A DNA stretch of 64,000 nucleotides from a virus (Duplodnaviria > Heunggongvirae > Uroviricota > Caudoviricetes): the IMG/VR virus record IMGVR_UViG_2799112923_000001. The stretch is one strand, 5' to 3'. A program made the translations under genes and the position numbers. The first letter of the stretch is position 1. Each line of letters starts with the position of its first letter. This document shows, piece after piece, positions 1 to 8,790 of the stretch. A model generated the notes under the pieces. It was not told where the DNA came from. It was given only the letters and a program-made list of their open reading frames with translations, and searched no databases.

Positions 1-774
1 ATAGATTTTGAACAATGGAAGAAGCAGAAACTTTATGAAGGTTTCTTGGATGGCGAAGAAGAAAAGCCAGCTACTTCCGATGATGCTGCTCCAGCAGAAG
101 AAACTAGCGAAGAAGAAACAACTGAAGAGGCTCCAGCCGAAGAAGAACCAGCTCCTGAAGATACAGACGTTTCCGAAGAAGGTGGTGACGAAGCTACTGA
201 AGATGACGGTTTAGACGATGACTTTGAAGGTGAAACAAAGGAAGAAACCGGAGTTGAAGATGGTGATGATTCACAAATAAATGAATTGAAAGATGCTATC
301 GCAACCTTGACAGCTCAAATCCAAACTCTTACAGACCAAATGAAGAAAGAAACTGGTGAGGGTGGTGAAGAAGGTGAAGGTGGTGAAGAAGCCTCTGCCG
401 AAGAAACCACAGAAGAAACGGCTGAACCTGAAGAAGGTGAAGAAACCGAAGGTGGCGAAGGAGAAGAATCCAGCGAAGAAACAAGTGAAGAAGGTGGAGA
501 AGAAGGTGGTGAAGAAAGTAGTGAAGAAACTAGCGAAGAATCTAGTGAAGAAACTACTGACGAAACCAAATCCGAAGCCTACAACCATTTCCATAAGAAG
601 GGTGGTATTCTCGCTGAAAACAGTGGTTATTTGATTTCCTATCTAAATGAAGGCCGTTTTGATAAATTGGAAGAAAAGATTATGGCAGTAGTACACGCAA
701 AAATCAGACAAAAGATTGATGCTGCCAAAACCAAACTCAAAACGGAAGCATTTAATAAGAAATTTGGCAAGTAA
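1..774 (+). CDS. Very acidic putative prohead core/internal protein (5' partial; C-terminus weakly gp67-like)
   Basis: Frame open from base 1 (IDFEQWKKQKLYE...), long E/D/G/T-rich region, helical basic C-terminus; lies in the head gene region. Confidence 0.45.
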   Translation: MDFEQWKKQKLYEGFLDGEEEKPATSDDAAPAEETSEEETTEEAPAEEEPAPEDTDVSEEGGDEATEDDGLDDDFEGETKEETGVEDGDDSQINELKDAIATLTAQIQTLTDQMKKETGEGGEEGEGGEEASAEETTEETAEPEEGEETEGGEGEESSEETSEEGGEEGGEESSEETSEESSEETTDETKSEAYNHFHKKGGILAENSGYLISYLNEGRFDKLEEKIMAVVHAKIRQKIDAAKTKLKTEAFNKKFGK

Positions 775-858
775 TTAACTCAAAATTTCTATTATAGGAC
801 AAAAGTGGCTCACAAAGCCACTTTTTCCATTATACATAAAATAATGGAGAAATTTTTT

Positions 859-1050
859 ATGAGTGAAGATTTAATATGGTATTATAACGAATTAACTGAA
901 TTGCTTGACGAAAGTCAAAAATTATTAAATGAAATGAAAGCAATTCAAAATCCACCAAAGAAAGTTTTAAAATGGATTGTAAAACTTGAAGAAACTATTA
1001 AGAGTCAAGAAGCTCAAAAACAAGAATTGAAGGAAAAGTATGGACTATAA
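859..1050 (+). CDS. Small coiled-coil hypothetical protein
   Basis: GGAG RBS before ATG 859; overlaps the start of the terminase small subunit. Confidence 0.55.
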   Translation: MSEDLIWYYNELTELLDESQKLLNEMKAIQNPPKKVLKWIVKLEETIKSQEAQKQELKEKYGL

Positions 1051-1594
1051 AAGTTTTGATACATTAAACGATACATTCAATATAAACAATGATATTGAAG
1101 ATATGGATGAAGGTGGTGAAGAATTAAAACCAGCCAAAGAATCCAAAAAACAGAAATACTCATTGGAAAATCTTGAATACATTAAAACTGAACTTCAAGA
1201 TAGAATTGAATCAAATAGAATTGTTTGTGAAGAATTAAAGACCTGTTGTAAAGTCGGTGCTCCACCACGCATGTTTGAAGTTTATGCTAAACTCTCAATG
1301 ACGATTTCCGAAGATATTATGCACTTGGCTGATATTGAAAGACAAATCACTGACTATCAAGTTGTGGAAAGTAAAGAAAAGATGCGTCAGCAAGAATTTG
1401 AATTGAAACAACAACAAGCTCTAAAACGAATTGAAGGTGCTGCAAAAACATCCGGTCCACAGTCTTTGACACAAATTAACAATAATACATACAACATAAC
1501 ATCAAAAGACTTACTCCAAAAAGTTATGGAAGAAGTAGATGACGATGATTGTATTACAGACCCAAAAGATTTGCCCACATACGATTTTAGTTAA
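1040..1594 (+). CDS. Terminase small subunit (T4 gp16-like)
   Basis: PPRMFEVYAKL resembles the gp16 PRAYEV motif; C-terminal NNNTYNITSKDLL is typical of the family. Confidence 0.7.
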   Translation: MDYKSFDTLNDTFNINNDIEDMDEGGEELKPAKESKKQKYSLENLEYIKTELQDRIESNRIVCEELKTCCKVGAPPRMFEVYAKLSMTISEDIMHLADIERQITDYQVVESKEKMRQQEFELKQQQALKRIEGAAKTSGPQSLTQINNNTYNITSKDLLQKVMEEVDDDDCITDPKDLPTYDFS

Positions 1595-1612
1595 GGTTTA
1601 TTAAAGAGTGAT

Positions 1613-2638
1613 ATGAAATTTTCGGTTTATTATAGAATACAACAAAGAGATACTTATTTTTCAAGGTTTTTTAGCCAAGTCTCAAAGAAGTTTTCGCCAG
1701 AGTTGGTGAATGAGGCAGAAAGCAAATATGAAGATTTAATGGAATTAGTAGTCAAGTATTTAATTGATGAAGATTCGCATAGTATGAAAATTCTATTAAC
1801 TAAACCGAATGCGAAAGTTGCTCGTATGTTCTTTGATTATCTTACGATTTCTAATGTAAAGAATAAAAAGAAATGCGACATTCTTTCTCGTATTGACGAA
1901 GTTTACCAAAAGGAGAATACAATGATAGATTTCAAACAATTTCTAGCTGATAAAATGATTAAATTTGATTTATCAGACGAACTAGAAAAAGAGCCAAAAT
2001 TATCATTAAACGAAGCTGACGATGATGACCCATTTGCCGATGATGCAGGTGGTGGTGATGATGATATGGGCGGTGACGATGCCGGTGGCGACCCATTTGC
2101 TGACGATGGACCTGGTGGTGGAGATGGTGGCTCCGATGGTGGTTCAGGAGATGGCAGTGAAGGTGGTACAGGTGACGGCTCTGACCAGGAAGATGATAAT
2201 GGACTAAATCTTGACGATTACGAAGATGACCCAGATTTCACTAAAGGAAAAGCAAATCCTGACGATGTAACATTGAGTGATACCCCAAGTGGTGAATGTA
2301 TCTACGATGTTGAAGGAATTATGACTTCCTTGGCTTCAGTAATCCAGTCTTTGAGTGATTCCGACCTTGCTGAAATTGAAATGGTTAAGAAAGCAGTTGA
2401 ACTTATTTTCAATGGTAAGATTTTGAAACCCGAAGATGTTCAATTCACTAATCCTGAAAACGCAAGTTTCTTAATTAAAAAGATTGGTGCTAATGTTGAC
2501 GAAAAGACAAGAAACTATTTGATACTCAAAATCAAAGAACCATTAATTAAGCAGCGTGACCAGCAGAAACTTGATATAGCAAAATTGAAGAAAGATGTTA
2601 ATGTTGCTAGAGATACTTTAACAGACTTGGACAAATAA
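1613..2638 (+). CDS. Hypothetical protein with D/G-rich acidic linker; probable internal start at 1922
   Basis: 341-aa ORF; AGGAGA RBS before in-frame ATG 1922 (MIDFKQFLADK). Confidence 0.6.
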   Translation: MKFSVYYRIQQRDTYFSRFFSQVSKKFSPELVNEAESKYEDLMELVVKYLIDEDSHSMKILLTKPNAKVARMFFDYLTISNVKNKKKCDILSRIDEVYQKENTMIDFKQFLADKMIKFDLSDELEKEPKLSLNEADDDDPFADDAGGGDDDMGGDDAGGDPFADDGPGGGDGGSDGGSGDGSEGGTGDGSDQEDDNGLNLDDYEDDPDFTKGKANPDDVTLSDTPSGECIYDVEGIMTSLASVIQSLSDSDLAEIEMVKKAVELIFNGKILKPEDVQFTNPENASFLIKKIGANVDEKTRNYLILKIKEPLIKQRDQQKLDIAKLKKDVNVARDTLTDLDK

Positions 2639-2712
2639 CAGTTCGTATAAATAGAAAAATTCTACCACCCAGTAGAATTTTTCTATATTTTATAAAAATT
2701 TGAGGTGAATTA

Positions 2713-3897
2713 ATGTTAAATGCTAATATGAATGACGGCAAGTCATTGGTAGTTATTATTGTTGGTGATACATCTGGTTGTTCCCATATTCGTTTAAGAC
2801 ATAATGCGTTGTGGTATGGCGGTCATGAACATTTCGGATTTACACCTGTAATTACCCCCATTCCAATATTTGACCCAATGTATCTTGCTAGAACTAAAGC
2901 AATAGTTATTCAAAGACCTGTTTCTCCAGCACATATTGAAATGGTTAAACGATACAAAGCATTACAACCAAAGTTTGGTTTTAAACTTGTTTCGGAATTT
3001 GATGACCAGGTTTGGGAGATTGATGGTCAAGGTATTCCTGAATACAATACCGCTTCCCTACATTTTGATATTAAGGGAACTACAAATGTTGCTGAACAGA
3101 CTTTCCCATTGTTTGATGAATTGGTTGTTTCTACCGAGTTCTTAAAAGTAAAACTCATTGAACGATTTGGAATCCCAGAACAGAAAGTACATGTTATTCG
3201 TAATGTTGTACCAAGATATTTGTGGAGTTTTCCAAGAAAACAAAACAGAACTGAAGATTTGGTAAAGCCAAAAGTTTTGTATAGTGGTTCTCCTTGCCAT
3301 TATCGTAATCCTGTTCCAGCAAGAAAACCAAGTCCACAAGAGCCACAGGGTTTCCCAGGTATCACCCCATTAAAAGGTGATATGAATAACGCATGGTGTG
3401 ATTGGGTTATCAAGAATGTAAATGAAAATAAGATTGATTTCATTTGTATGGGTGCGTTGCCTTGGTTCTGGGAACCAATTAAGAACAAAATCAAATTTGT
3501 TCAGTGGGTAGATTCACAAAGTTATCCACGATTGGTTATGAGTTTGGGTGCCGATTTCCAAATTGCCCCATTAGTTTGTAATAACTTCAATAAATGTAAA
3601 TCTTCTTTGAGATATACAGAATCTTGTGCTGCGGGTACTGTTCTATTTGGTACTGTATTCCACGAAGATAAATGGTCTCCTTATGAAGAAATACCTGAAG
3701 AATGTAAAATCCTAGATAACGCAACTGTTGAAGATATTGATAAAAAATTCTTTGAAGCATGTAAGAAAGATAATTACAACAAACTATTAAATCAAAACTA
3801 CGATTTCATTAACAATAATGGTTATTGGATGGAATCTAACAAACATGCCCAAGAATGGTTGTGTATGATAGATAACGGAAATAATACTTTCATTTAA
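2713..3897 (+). CDS. Glycosyltransferase-like protein (GT-B type)
   Basis: DTSGCSHIRL, EFDDQVW and APLVCNNFNKCKSSLRYTE motifs typical of phage glycosyltransferases; GAGGTG RBS. Confidence 0.7.
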   Translation: MLNANMNDGKSLVVIIVGDTSGCSHIRLRHNALWYGGHEHFGFTPVITPIPIFDPMYLARTKAIVIQRPVSPAHIEMVKRYKALQPKFGFKLVSEFDDQVWEIDGQGIPEYNTASLHFDIKGTTNVAEQTFPLFDELVVSTEFLKVKLIERFGIPEQKVHVIRNVVPRYLWSFPRKQNRTEDLVKPKVLYSGSPCHYRNPVPARKPSPQEPQGFPGITPLKGDMNNAWCDWVIKNVNENKIDFICMGALPWFWEPIKNKIKFVQWVDSQSYPRLVMSLGADFQIAPLVCNNFNKCKSSLRYTESCAAGTVLFGTVFHEDKWSPYEEIPEECKILDNATVEDIDKKFFEACKKDNYNKLLNQNYDFINNNGYWMESNKHAQEWLCMIDNGNNTFI

Positions 3898-3902
3898 TAA
3901 AG

Positions 3903-3933
3903 AAAACCCTCGGAATTATCCGAGGGTTTTTTT
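3903..3933. terminator. Bidirectional intrinsic terminator
   Basis: AAAACCCTCGGA-ATTA-TCCGAGGGTTTTTTT between convergent genes. Confidence 0.85.
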
Positions 3934-3951
3934 AGGAGGTAACAACAAAAT

Positions 3952-4410
3952 TTATTCGCCAAAATGAGTGAAAATTGATTTTTCCTTCTCAATGTAGTAG
4001 TGAGTGAATTTATCGGAAATAGCAATATCCATAAACGGCATATCACGAACTTCATAAGCCGGGTCATCACCATATTTGTATTCGTAATTCGTCAATATAA
4101 TTAGACGAGATTTTTCAAAATTAAAATTCGTCGGGAAATTGAAGAAAAATTCACGCATAAAAGCATTATGAATACTCGGTATCATACGATTTGCGTCAAC
4201 CACCACAACAGTAAGAGATTTACCCTTATTCTGTTTGATGATTTCCATTATATCAACTTCGTCAGCAAGCTGCGCAGCATCAACTACCAACACATTGTCT
4301 AGGTTTTCTTTAATGGTATAAAGAACACCAGAACCATTGGGATGACCCACATGCATAAAAATTTGATTTGGTGTGAGAGAAAGAATTTTCTTAAATGTTT
4401 CAAGATTCAT
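3952..4410 (-). CDS. Degenerate (probably inactive) paralog of the AAA ATPase at 55763
   Basis: Colinear motif similarity to ORF 55763, with Walker A, Walker B and Arg-finger residues substituted. Confidence 0.65.
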   Translation of the reverse strand: MNLETFKKILSLTPNQIFMHVGHPNGSGVLYTIKENLDNVLVVDAAQLADEVDIMEIIKQNKGKSLTVVVVDANRMIPSIHNAFMREFFFNFPTNFNFEKSRLIILTNYEYKYGDDPAYEVRDMPFMDIAISDKFTHYYIEKEKSIFTHFGE

Positions 4411-4428
4411 TGTTTTCCTCGTTTGTTA

Positions 4429-4797
4429 TTAGTGGGACTTTTCGTTGAGCTTCGTGTAATCCATTACATATTCGTCATAACGGTGCATGATGAAGGTCAT
4501 AGTTTTACGAACAGCACGAATACGAGTGAGCATAAGATACATTCTTTCAATTCTAGCACCCGGATTGTATTTGCCTTCACGATTTTCATCGTAAATCTTC
4601 AGCCACTTCTTGTAGTCCTTCAAATGAACATTGTTCCAATACATTCCCTTTGAGAGTTCATTCAACGCATAACGCAAATTCTTCTTTTCGTCCTTCGTAA
4701 GATTGGTGAACTTTTCCATAAACTTATCAATGCGAGCTTCAATTTTCTTCATGTCAGCTTCAGTGTTGCGATTGGAGAGAAGATTTGTGTTATCCAT
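4429..4797 (-). CDS. Early hypothetical protein
   Basis: Own sigma70-type promoter and AGAGGTAACT-ATG RBS. Confidence 0.75.
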   Translation of the reverse strand: MDNTNLLSNRNTEADMKKIEARIDKFMEKFTNLTKDEKKNLRYALNELSKGMYWNNVHLKDYKKWLKIYDENREGKYNPGARIERMYLMLTRIRAVRKTMTFIMHRYDEYVMDYTKLNEKSH

Positions 4798-4830
4798 AGT
4801 GTTACCTCTTTGTTTCTTGTTTACATTGTA

Positions 4831-4896
4831 AATATAGTTAAATTATCTACAGTTGTCAACCAATCTTTTGAAAATTATTGTAAATTTTTATTTACT
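4831..4896 (-). promoter_or_regulatory. Early promoter TTGACA-N17-TATATT with upstream palindromic box
   Basis: -35 at 4859-4854, -10 at 4836-4831, box at 4879-4896. Confidence 0.85.
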
Positions 4897-5272
4897 TACC
4901 CGCCATCACTGCGTGGTATGTTTTCCAAAATTCATTTCGTGCGGCCGATACGGCCTTAGCCATTTTGTAATTCGGCAAAATCGTATCACGCAAATCCTTT
5001 GCGTAAATTTCAAATTCCGTTTCATTGAGATTTTCATACGGAACGCGGGCCAGGAAATCGTAATTACCACGATTATCGCGGCGAACATACAGGTCCATTT
5101 CAATATCGTTCATTTCCAACCAAAGAACTTCAATGTACTTGTCATAGATTTTAGCCAGTGGATAAAAACCACTATCACCATTCTTAAACATAATGAAATT
5201 TTCACGAACTTCAATGTTCTGTGTGGTGGTTACTTTTGCCATTTTCAGGAGTTTTTCAAGATTTGCGTTCAT
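4892..5272 (-). CDS. Early hypothetical protein
   Basis: Own promoter and AGAGGTAACT-ATG RBS. Confidence 0.75.
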   Translation of the reverse strand: MNANLEKLLKMAKVTTTQNIEVRENFIMFKNGDSGFYPLAKIYDKYIEVLWLEMNDIEMDLYVRRDNRGNYDFLARVPYENLNETEFEIYAKDLRDTILPNYKMAKAVSAARNEFWKTYHAVMAGK

Positions 5273-5298
5273 AGTTACCTCTTTCTTTTTACATATTA

Positions 5299-5354
5299 AA
5301 TATAGTTTATATTCACTCAGTTGTCAACAGATTTTTTGTAAATCTTTGTTTACT
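5299..5354 (-). promoter_or_regulatory. Early promoter with palindromic box
   Basis: TTGACA 5327-5322, N17, TATATT 5304-5299; box at 5337-5354. Confidence 0.85.
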
Positions 5355-6270
5355 TAAGGAGATAAATGTAATTGAAAGTATTAACATTTTCCTGATTTAC
5401 GGTATATCTCTTATTGTAATCCACATAGGTCTTTCCGTCATCGTCAATCACCAATTCAGCACCAACAACGATTTCAGTCAAATCCGGCACCCCTGCCATA
5501 ATGCGAACATCATAACCATTTTCGTTAATGTAAATCGTATTCAATGCTTTAAGATGTTCAACCCGATAATTATCAAATTTCGTGTTCATTACTTCCGTTG
5601 TAAATTCATCCTGTTCAACATAGTTACAACGAAAACGAATATCCTTGAAACCGGTGGTTCTAGCAAATTCCACGAACTTGTTATAGAAATTCTTAAAGAT
5701 TTCAAATTTCTTATAGAGAACAGCGACTGCCGTAAAAGTAATACCACATTCATTACCAATCTTGATAATTTCTTTCAGTTCATCATTAGTCGGAATGTAG
5801 TTGGTGCGAAGGATTTCATTCTTACGAACATTTTCGTCATAGTGATGTAAAGAAATGTTCACAATATCAACCACACCTGCCATAGAAGGCAAACATTCAC
5901 GAAGGTGAAAACCATTAGTGGTGAGAACGATTTTAGAAGTTTTTTCTTTATAATCACGAAGAATAAACATAAGGTGTTCAAACATAGGAACATTGAAGGT
6001 CGGTTCATTACCAGTAATATCCAAAGAGATAGAACGATTCAAAGTGAACACCATATCCAGCGATTTGCGTAATTCAAAAAAGAATTTCTTAAAATCGTGT
6101 TTCTGTGTTTCAATCGTGCAGTTGTTGAAACAGAACGGGCATTTTGCCTGGCAGAACGCAGGAATAACTATCTTAACAGAAAGACCATTACCATGACCAG
6201 CACCAAAATTCGCCGGATTTACAGTGATGTATTCATTGGATTCACCAAGAAGATTTTTGATAGTGTTCAT
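5350..6270 (-). CDS. Radical SAM domain protein
   Basis: CQAKCPFC (CxxxCxxC), ITGNEP, LTTNG, VNISLH; true start at 6270 after AGAGGTAACT. Confidence 0.85.
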   Translation of the reverse strand: MNTIKNLLGESNEYITVNPANFGAGHGNGLSVKIVIPAFCQAKCPFCFNNCTIETQKHDFKKFFFELRKSLDMVFTLNRSISLDITGNEPTFNVPMFEHLMFILRDYKEKTSKIVLTTNGFHLRECLPSMAGVVDIVNISLHHYDENVRKNEILRTNYIPTNDELKEIIKIGNECGITFTAVAVLYKKFEIFKNFYNKFVEFARTTGFKDIRFRCNYVEQDEFTTEVMNTKFDNYRVEHLKALNTIYINENGYDVRIMAGVPDLTEIVVGAELVIDDDGKTYVDYNKRYTVNQENVNTFNYIYLLK

Positions 6271-6300
6271 AGTTACCTCTTTGTTTCTTTTTACATAGTA

Positions 6301-6366
6301 AATATAGTTTATATTAACGCAGTTGTCAATAGATTTTTTGTAAATTATTGTAAAATAAATTTTACA
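6301..6366 (-). promoter_or_regulatory. Early promoter with palindromic box, back-to-back with a late promoter
   Basis: TTGACA 6329-6324, TATATT 6306-6301, box at 6349-6366; CATAAATA at 6365-6372 on the + strand. Confidence 0.85.
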
Positions 6367-6376
6367 TAAATACAAT

Positions 6377-7252
6377 ATGAATATAAATGAAGCAACAGAA
6401 ATTTTACATAATCGTGGATTTATGCTAGAAACCAAAGGTGCTAAAACTCTCAATAAAGCTGCTAAAGCAGCAGATGACGAATTTTACACATACTACAAAG
6501 ATGTAGAAAAAGAAATGAAAAACTACAATTTTAGCGGAAAAACTGTATATTGTTGTTGCGATAATCCTGAGTGGTCTAATGTTTACAAATACTTTGAAGA
6601 TAATTTTGATAAACTTGGCTTAAAGGGTTTGATTTCTTCCCATTACATTTTGCCAGGTGATAACGAAACATACTGGACTGAATTTAAAGATGGCGAAAGA
6701 ATTAAACATCCATTAGCTGGTAATGGAGATTGTACTTCTGCTGAATGTCAAAAATTGGCAGATATGGCTGATGTAATCGTTACAAATCCACCATTCAGTA
6801 TCTTTGGTGATATTGCTTCTACTTATATTCATAAACCATTTATTATGTTGTGTACACCATTGAAGATGGTTTCTAACAGAAAAGTTAGAAAAATGTATAT
6901 GGAAAAGAGAATTAGATATGGTTATACAACTGCTAGCAAATTTTATAGACCCGATGGTGGAGAAGATAAACATGTTTACACAATTTGGTACACCAATTTG
7001 AAAGTAAACAAGAACTATCCTGGAATTAACATTGTACCAATGGATGATTCATTTGAAAGATTTGATAATTCCGATGTTATAATTGCTACTTATAAAGCTG
7101 TGCCAGATACAGATGAATTGATTGGTTTACCTGTTTCCACATTGGTTAGAGTTGACCCTAACAATTTGCCATTTGAGATTGTAGATATTGACGATAACTT
7201 GTATCTAAATGGCAAACAACAATTCTCTCGTTTAGTGGTTAAATTAAAATAA
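6377..7252 (+). CDS. Adenine-specific DNA methyltransferase, M.EcoRI-like family
   Basis: DEFYT...VYCCCDNP...GNGDCTS...DVIVTNPPFS (NPPF catalytic motif). Confidence 0.85.
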   Translation: MNINEATEILHNRGFMLETKGAKTLNKAAKAADDEFYTYYKDVEKEMKNYNFSGKTVYCCCDNPEWSNVYKYFEDNFDKLGLKGLISSHYILPGDNETYWTEFKDGERIKHPLAGNGDCTSAECQKLADMADVIVTNPPFSIFGDIASTYIHKPFIMLCTPLKMVSNRKVRKMYMEKRIRYGYTTASKFYRPDGGEDKHVYTIWYTNLKVNKNYPGINIVPMDDSFERFDNSDVIIATYKAVPDTDELIGLPVSTLVRVDPNNLPFEIVDIDDNLYLNGKQQFSRLVVKLK

Positions 7253-7301
7253 AGTTTTGTTGCCTCCACGAAATAAAAATTCGGACACGTTTCAAAGCAA
7301 C

Positions 7302-7334
7302 AAAAATGGCTCCCTTCTCGGGAGCCATTTCTTT
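7302..7334. terminator. Bidirectional intrinsic terminator
   Basis: AAAAATGGCTCCC-TTCTC-GGGAGCCATTT followed by a T-rich tail. Confidence 0.8.
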
Positions 7335-7531
7335 TAAAGTTCCATTACCCATAACATAATTTGCTTTATTAGTGGGTCAGCTAACCAGCCAAGAATGAAT
7401 ATACCAGCGAAACAAAGAGCAAGTTTCAAACCAGTACCAATTAGTTCATTGTCGGCTTTAATCTTTTCTTCTTCGGTCATGTTTTTCATTTGGTTGGCTC
7501 TGTTATTTGCTGCTGAAATTATATGAATCAT
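7334..7531 (-). CDS. Small membrane protein
   Basis: AAGGAG RBS; one hydrophobic segment. Confidence 0.6.
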   Translation of the reverse strand: MIHIISAANNRANQMKNMTEEEKIKADNELIGTGLKLALCFAGIFILGWLADPLIKQIMLWVMEL

Positions 7532-7854
7532 TTGTACTCCTTTGCTACACATTCCATAACATCCAATGCGTAATTCTTTGTGTTCAAATCGTCAAACCAA
7601 ATCTTTTCACCTGATTTCGTATAGACTACTGCACCATGAACCGGTTCATACAAAGAATCCAAAATGTTAGAACAAATTGCGGTAGTCCAAAATTCCGCCA
7701 CCAAATCACCATTTATTGAGATTACTTTGTATGTAGTTGCTTCCACAGCACCACAAGGATAGTTAGCCGGTTCTACAGCATAATTTCGTGCCACAAAGAG
7801 ATTTCTCAAATGTAGCATTGGTGTATCAGTTCGTAACATCATACAATACCCCAT
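7528..7854 (-). CDS. Early hypothetical protein
   Basis: Overlapping ORF in the early operon; start uncertain. Confidence 0.6.
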   Translation of the reverse strand: MGYCMMLRTDTPMLHLRNLFVARNYAVEPANYPCGAVEATTYKVISINGDLVAEFWTTAICSNILDSLYEPVHGAVVYTKSGEKIWFDDLNTKNYALDVMECVAKEYK

Positions 7855-8165
7855 TTATTCATAAACAAATTAAACTTGCGTTCATAAACTACAACGAGCA
7901 TTTCTGCTTCTTCAACATTTGCGAACATTTTATACAGCATACAACCATACCAGGTTCTACGAGGTCTAGCCAAAGCCAACGCATTTTTCCAAGAATTCAT
8001 TAACGCATTACCTTCTTCAAAAACTCGCACTGCTTTATGGTTCTTTGAGTCTTGTACAAATTCTTCAATCTTTAGGATTTTTTCACCGAGTGTGGCAATA
8101 ATATCCATTCCCTTTAAATTGATTTCGTCTTTAAATGGATTTACATATTCATATTCATTAAACAT
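7839..8165 (-). CDS. Early hypothetical protein
   Basis: AGGTGG RBS; operon context. Confidence 0.65.
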   Translation of the reverse strand: MFNEYEYVNPFKDEINLKGMDIIATLGEKILKIEEFVQDSKNHKAVRVFEEGNALMNSWKNALALARPRRTWYGCMLYKMFANVEEAEMLVVVYERKFNLFMNKWGIV

Positions 8166-8173
8166 ATTACCAC

Positions 8174-8500
8174 CTAATCCAATTTGCCATCAGGCTTATT
8201 TACACCACGAATAAGTTCCACTGGGAGCTTGTTGCTAACAAATTCATAAACAGAACCATAGTTCGGAATGTATTCACCTTCTCGGCGTTCAAGATAATCA
8301 CGCAAAATCCTGGTGCGATGCTTTTCTTTGAGTGAACGAGCAATAAAAGCACCGTGGTCAAATTCAATTACAAAAATTTCATCACGCAATTCGTCTGTTA
8401 CCCGACCCATTGGGTCAGTATACTGGAATTTGATGTAATCATCTTCAAACAGTTCAATATCATTTCGGTCAGTGAGTGTAGTAGAGAATAAATTAGTCAT
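8174..8500 (-). CDS. YopX-like family protein
   Basis: LTDRNDIELFEDDYI resembles the YopX GLKDKNGxEIYEGDI motif; GGAGGT RBS. Confidence 0.5.
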   Translation of the reverse strand: MTNLFSTTLTDRNDIELFEDDYIKFQYTDPMGRVTDELRDEIFVIEFDHGAFIARSLKEKHRTRILRDYLERREGEYIPNYGSVYEFVSNKLPVELIRGVNKPDGKLD

Positions 8501-8512
8501 TCGTTACCTCCA

Positions 8513-8689
8513 TTATTTCTTGTTTTTGTAAGCCACCAATTTTTTCATAAGTTCAAGGCATGTTTCAAGTTTTTCTACCAAAAAATCTTGCGGCCCATAG
8601 TTGGAAAAATCACAATACACATCGTTGAGTTTGGTTTCCAATTCTTTGTGGGTTTCACATGCTTCAAAATAAGTCATTTCTTTTGCCAT
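8513..8689 (-). CDS. 58-aa early hypothetical protein (absent from the ORF track)
   Basis: MAKEMTYFEACETHKE...; AGAGGT RBS; first gene after the promoter. Confidence 0.7.
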   Translation of the reverse strand: MAKEMTYFEACETHKELETKLNDVYCDFSNYGPQDFLVEKLETCLELMKKLVAYKNKK

Positions 8690-8714
8690 AGGATTACCTC
8701 TTTTTTACATATTA

Positions 8715-8780
8715 AATATAGATAAAAATTACTCAGTTGTCAATAGGAAATATAAAGTTTTATGTAAAATTTTGTTTACA
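8715..8780 (-). promoter_or_regulatory. Early promoter with palindromic box, back-to-back with a late promoter
   Basis: TTGACA 8743-8738, TATATT 8720-8715, box at 8763-8780; CATAAATA at 8779-8786 on the + strand. Confidence 0.85.
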
Positions 8781-8790
8781 TAAATATAGT

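Noticed and set aside
46-634. Alternative-frame and antisense ORFs over the acidic repeat (also over 55784-58583)
   Set aside because: By-products of low-complexity or biased codon usage in the real genes.
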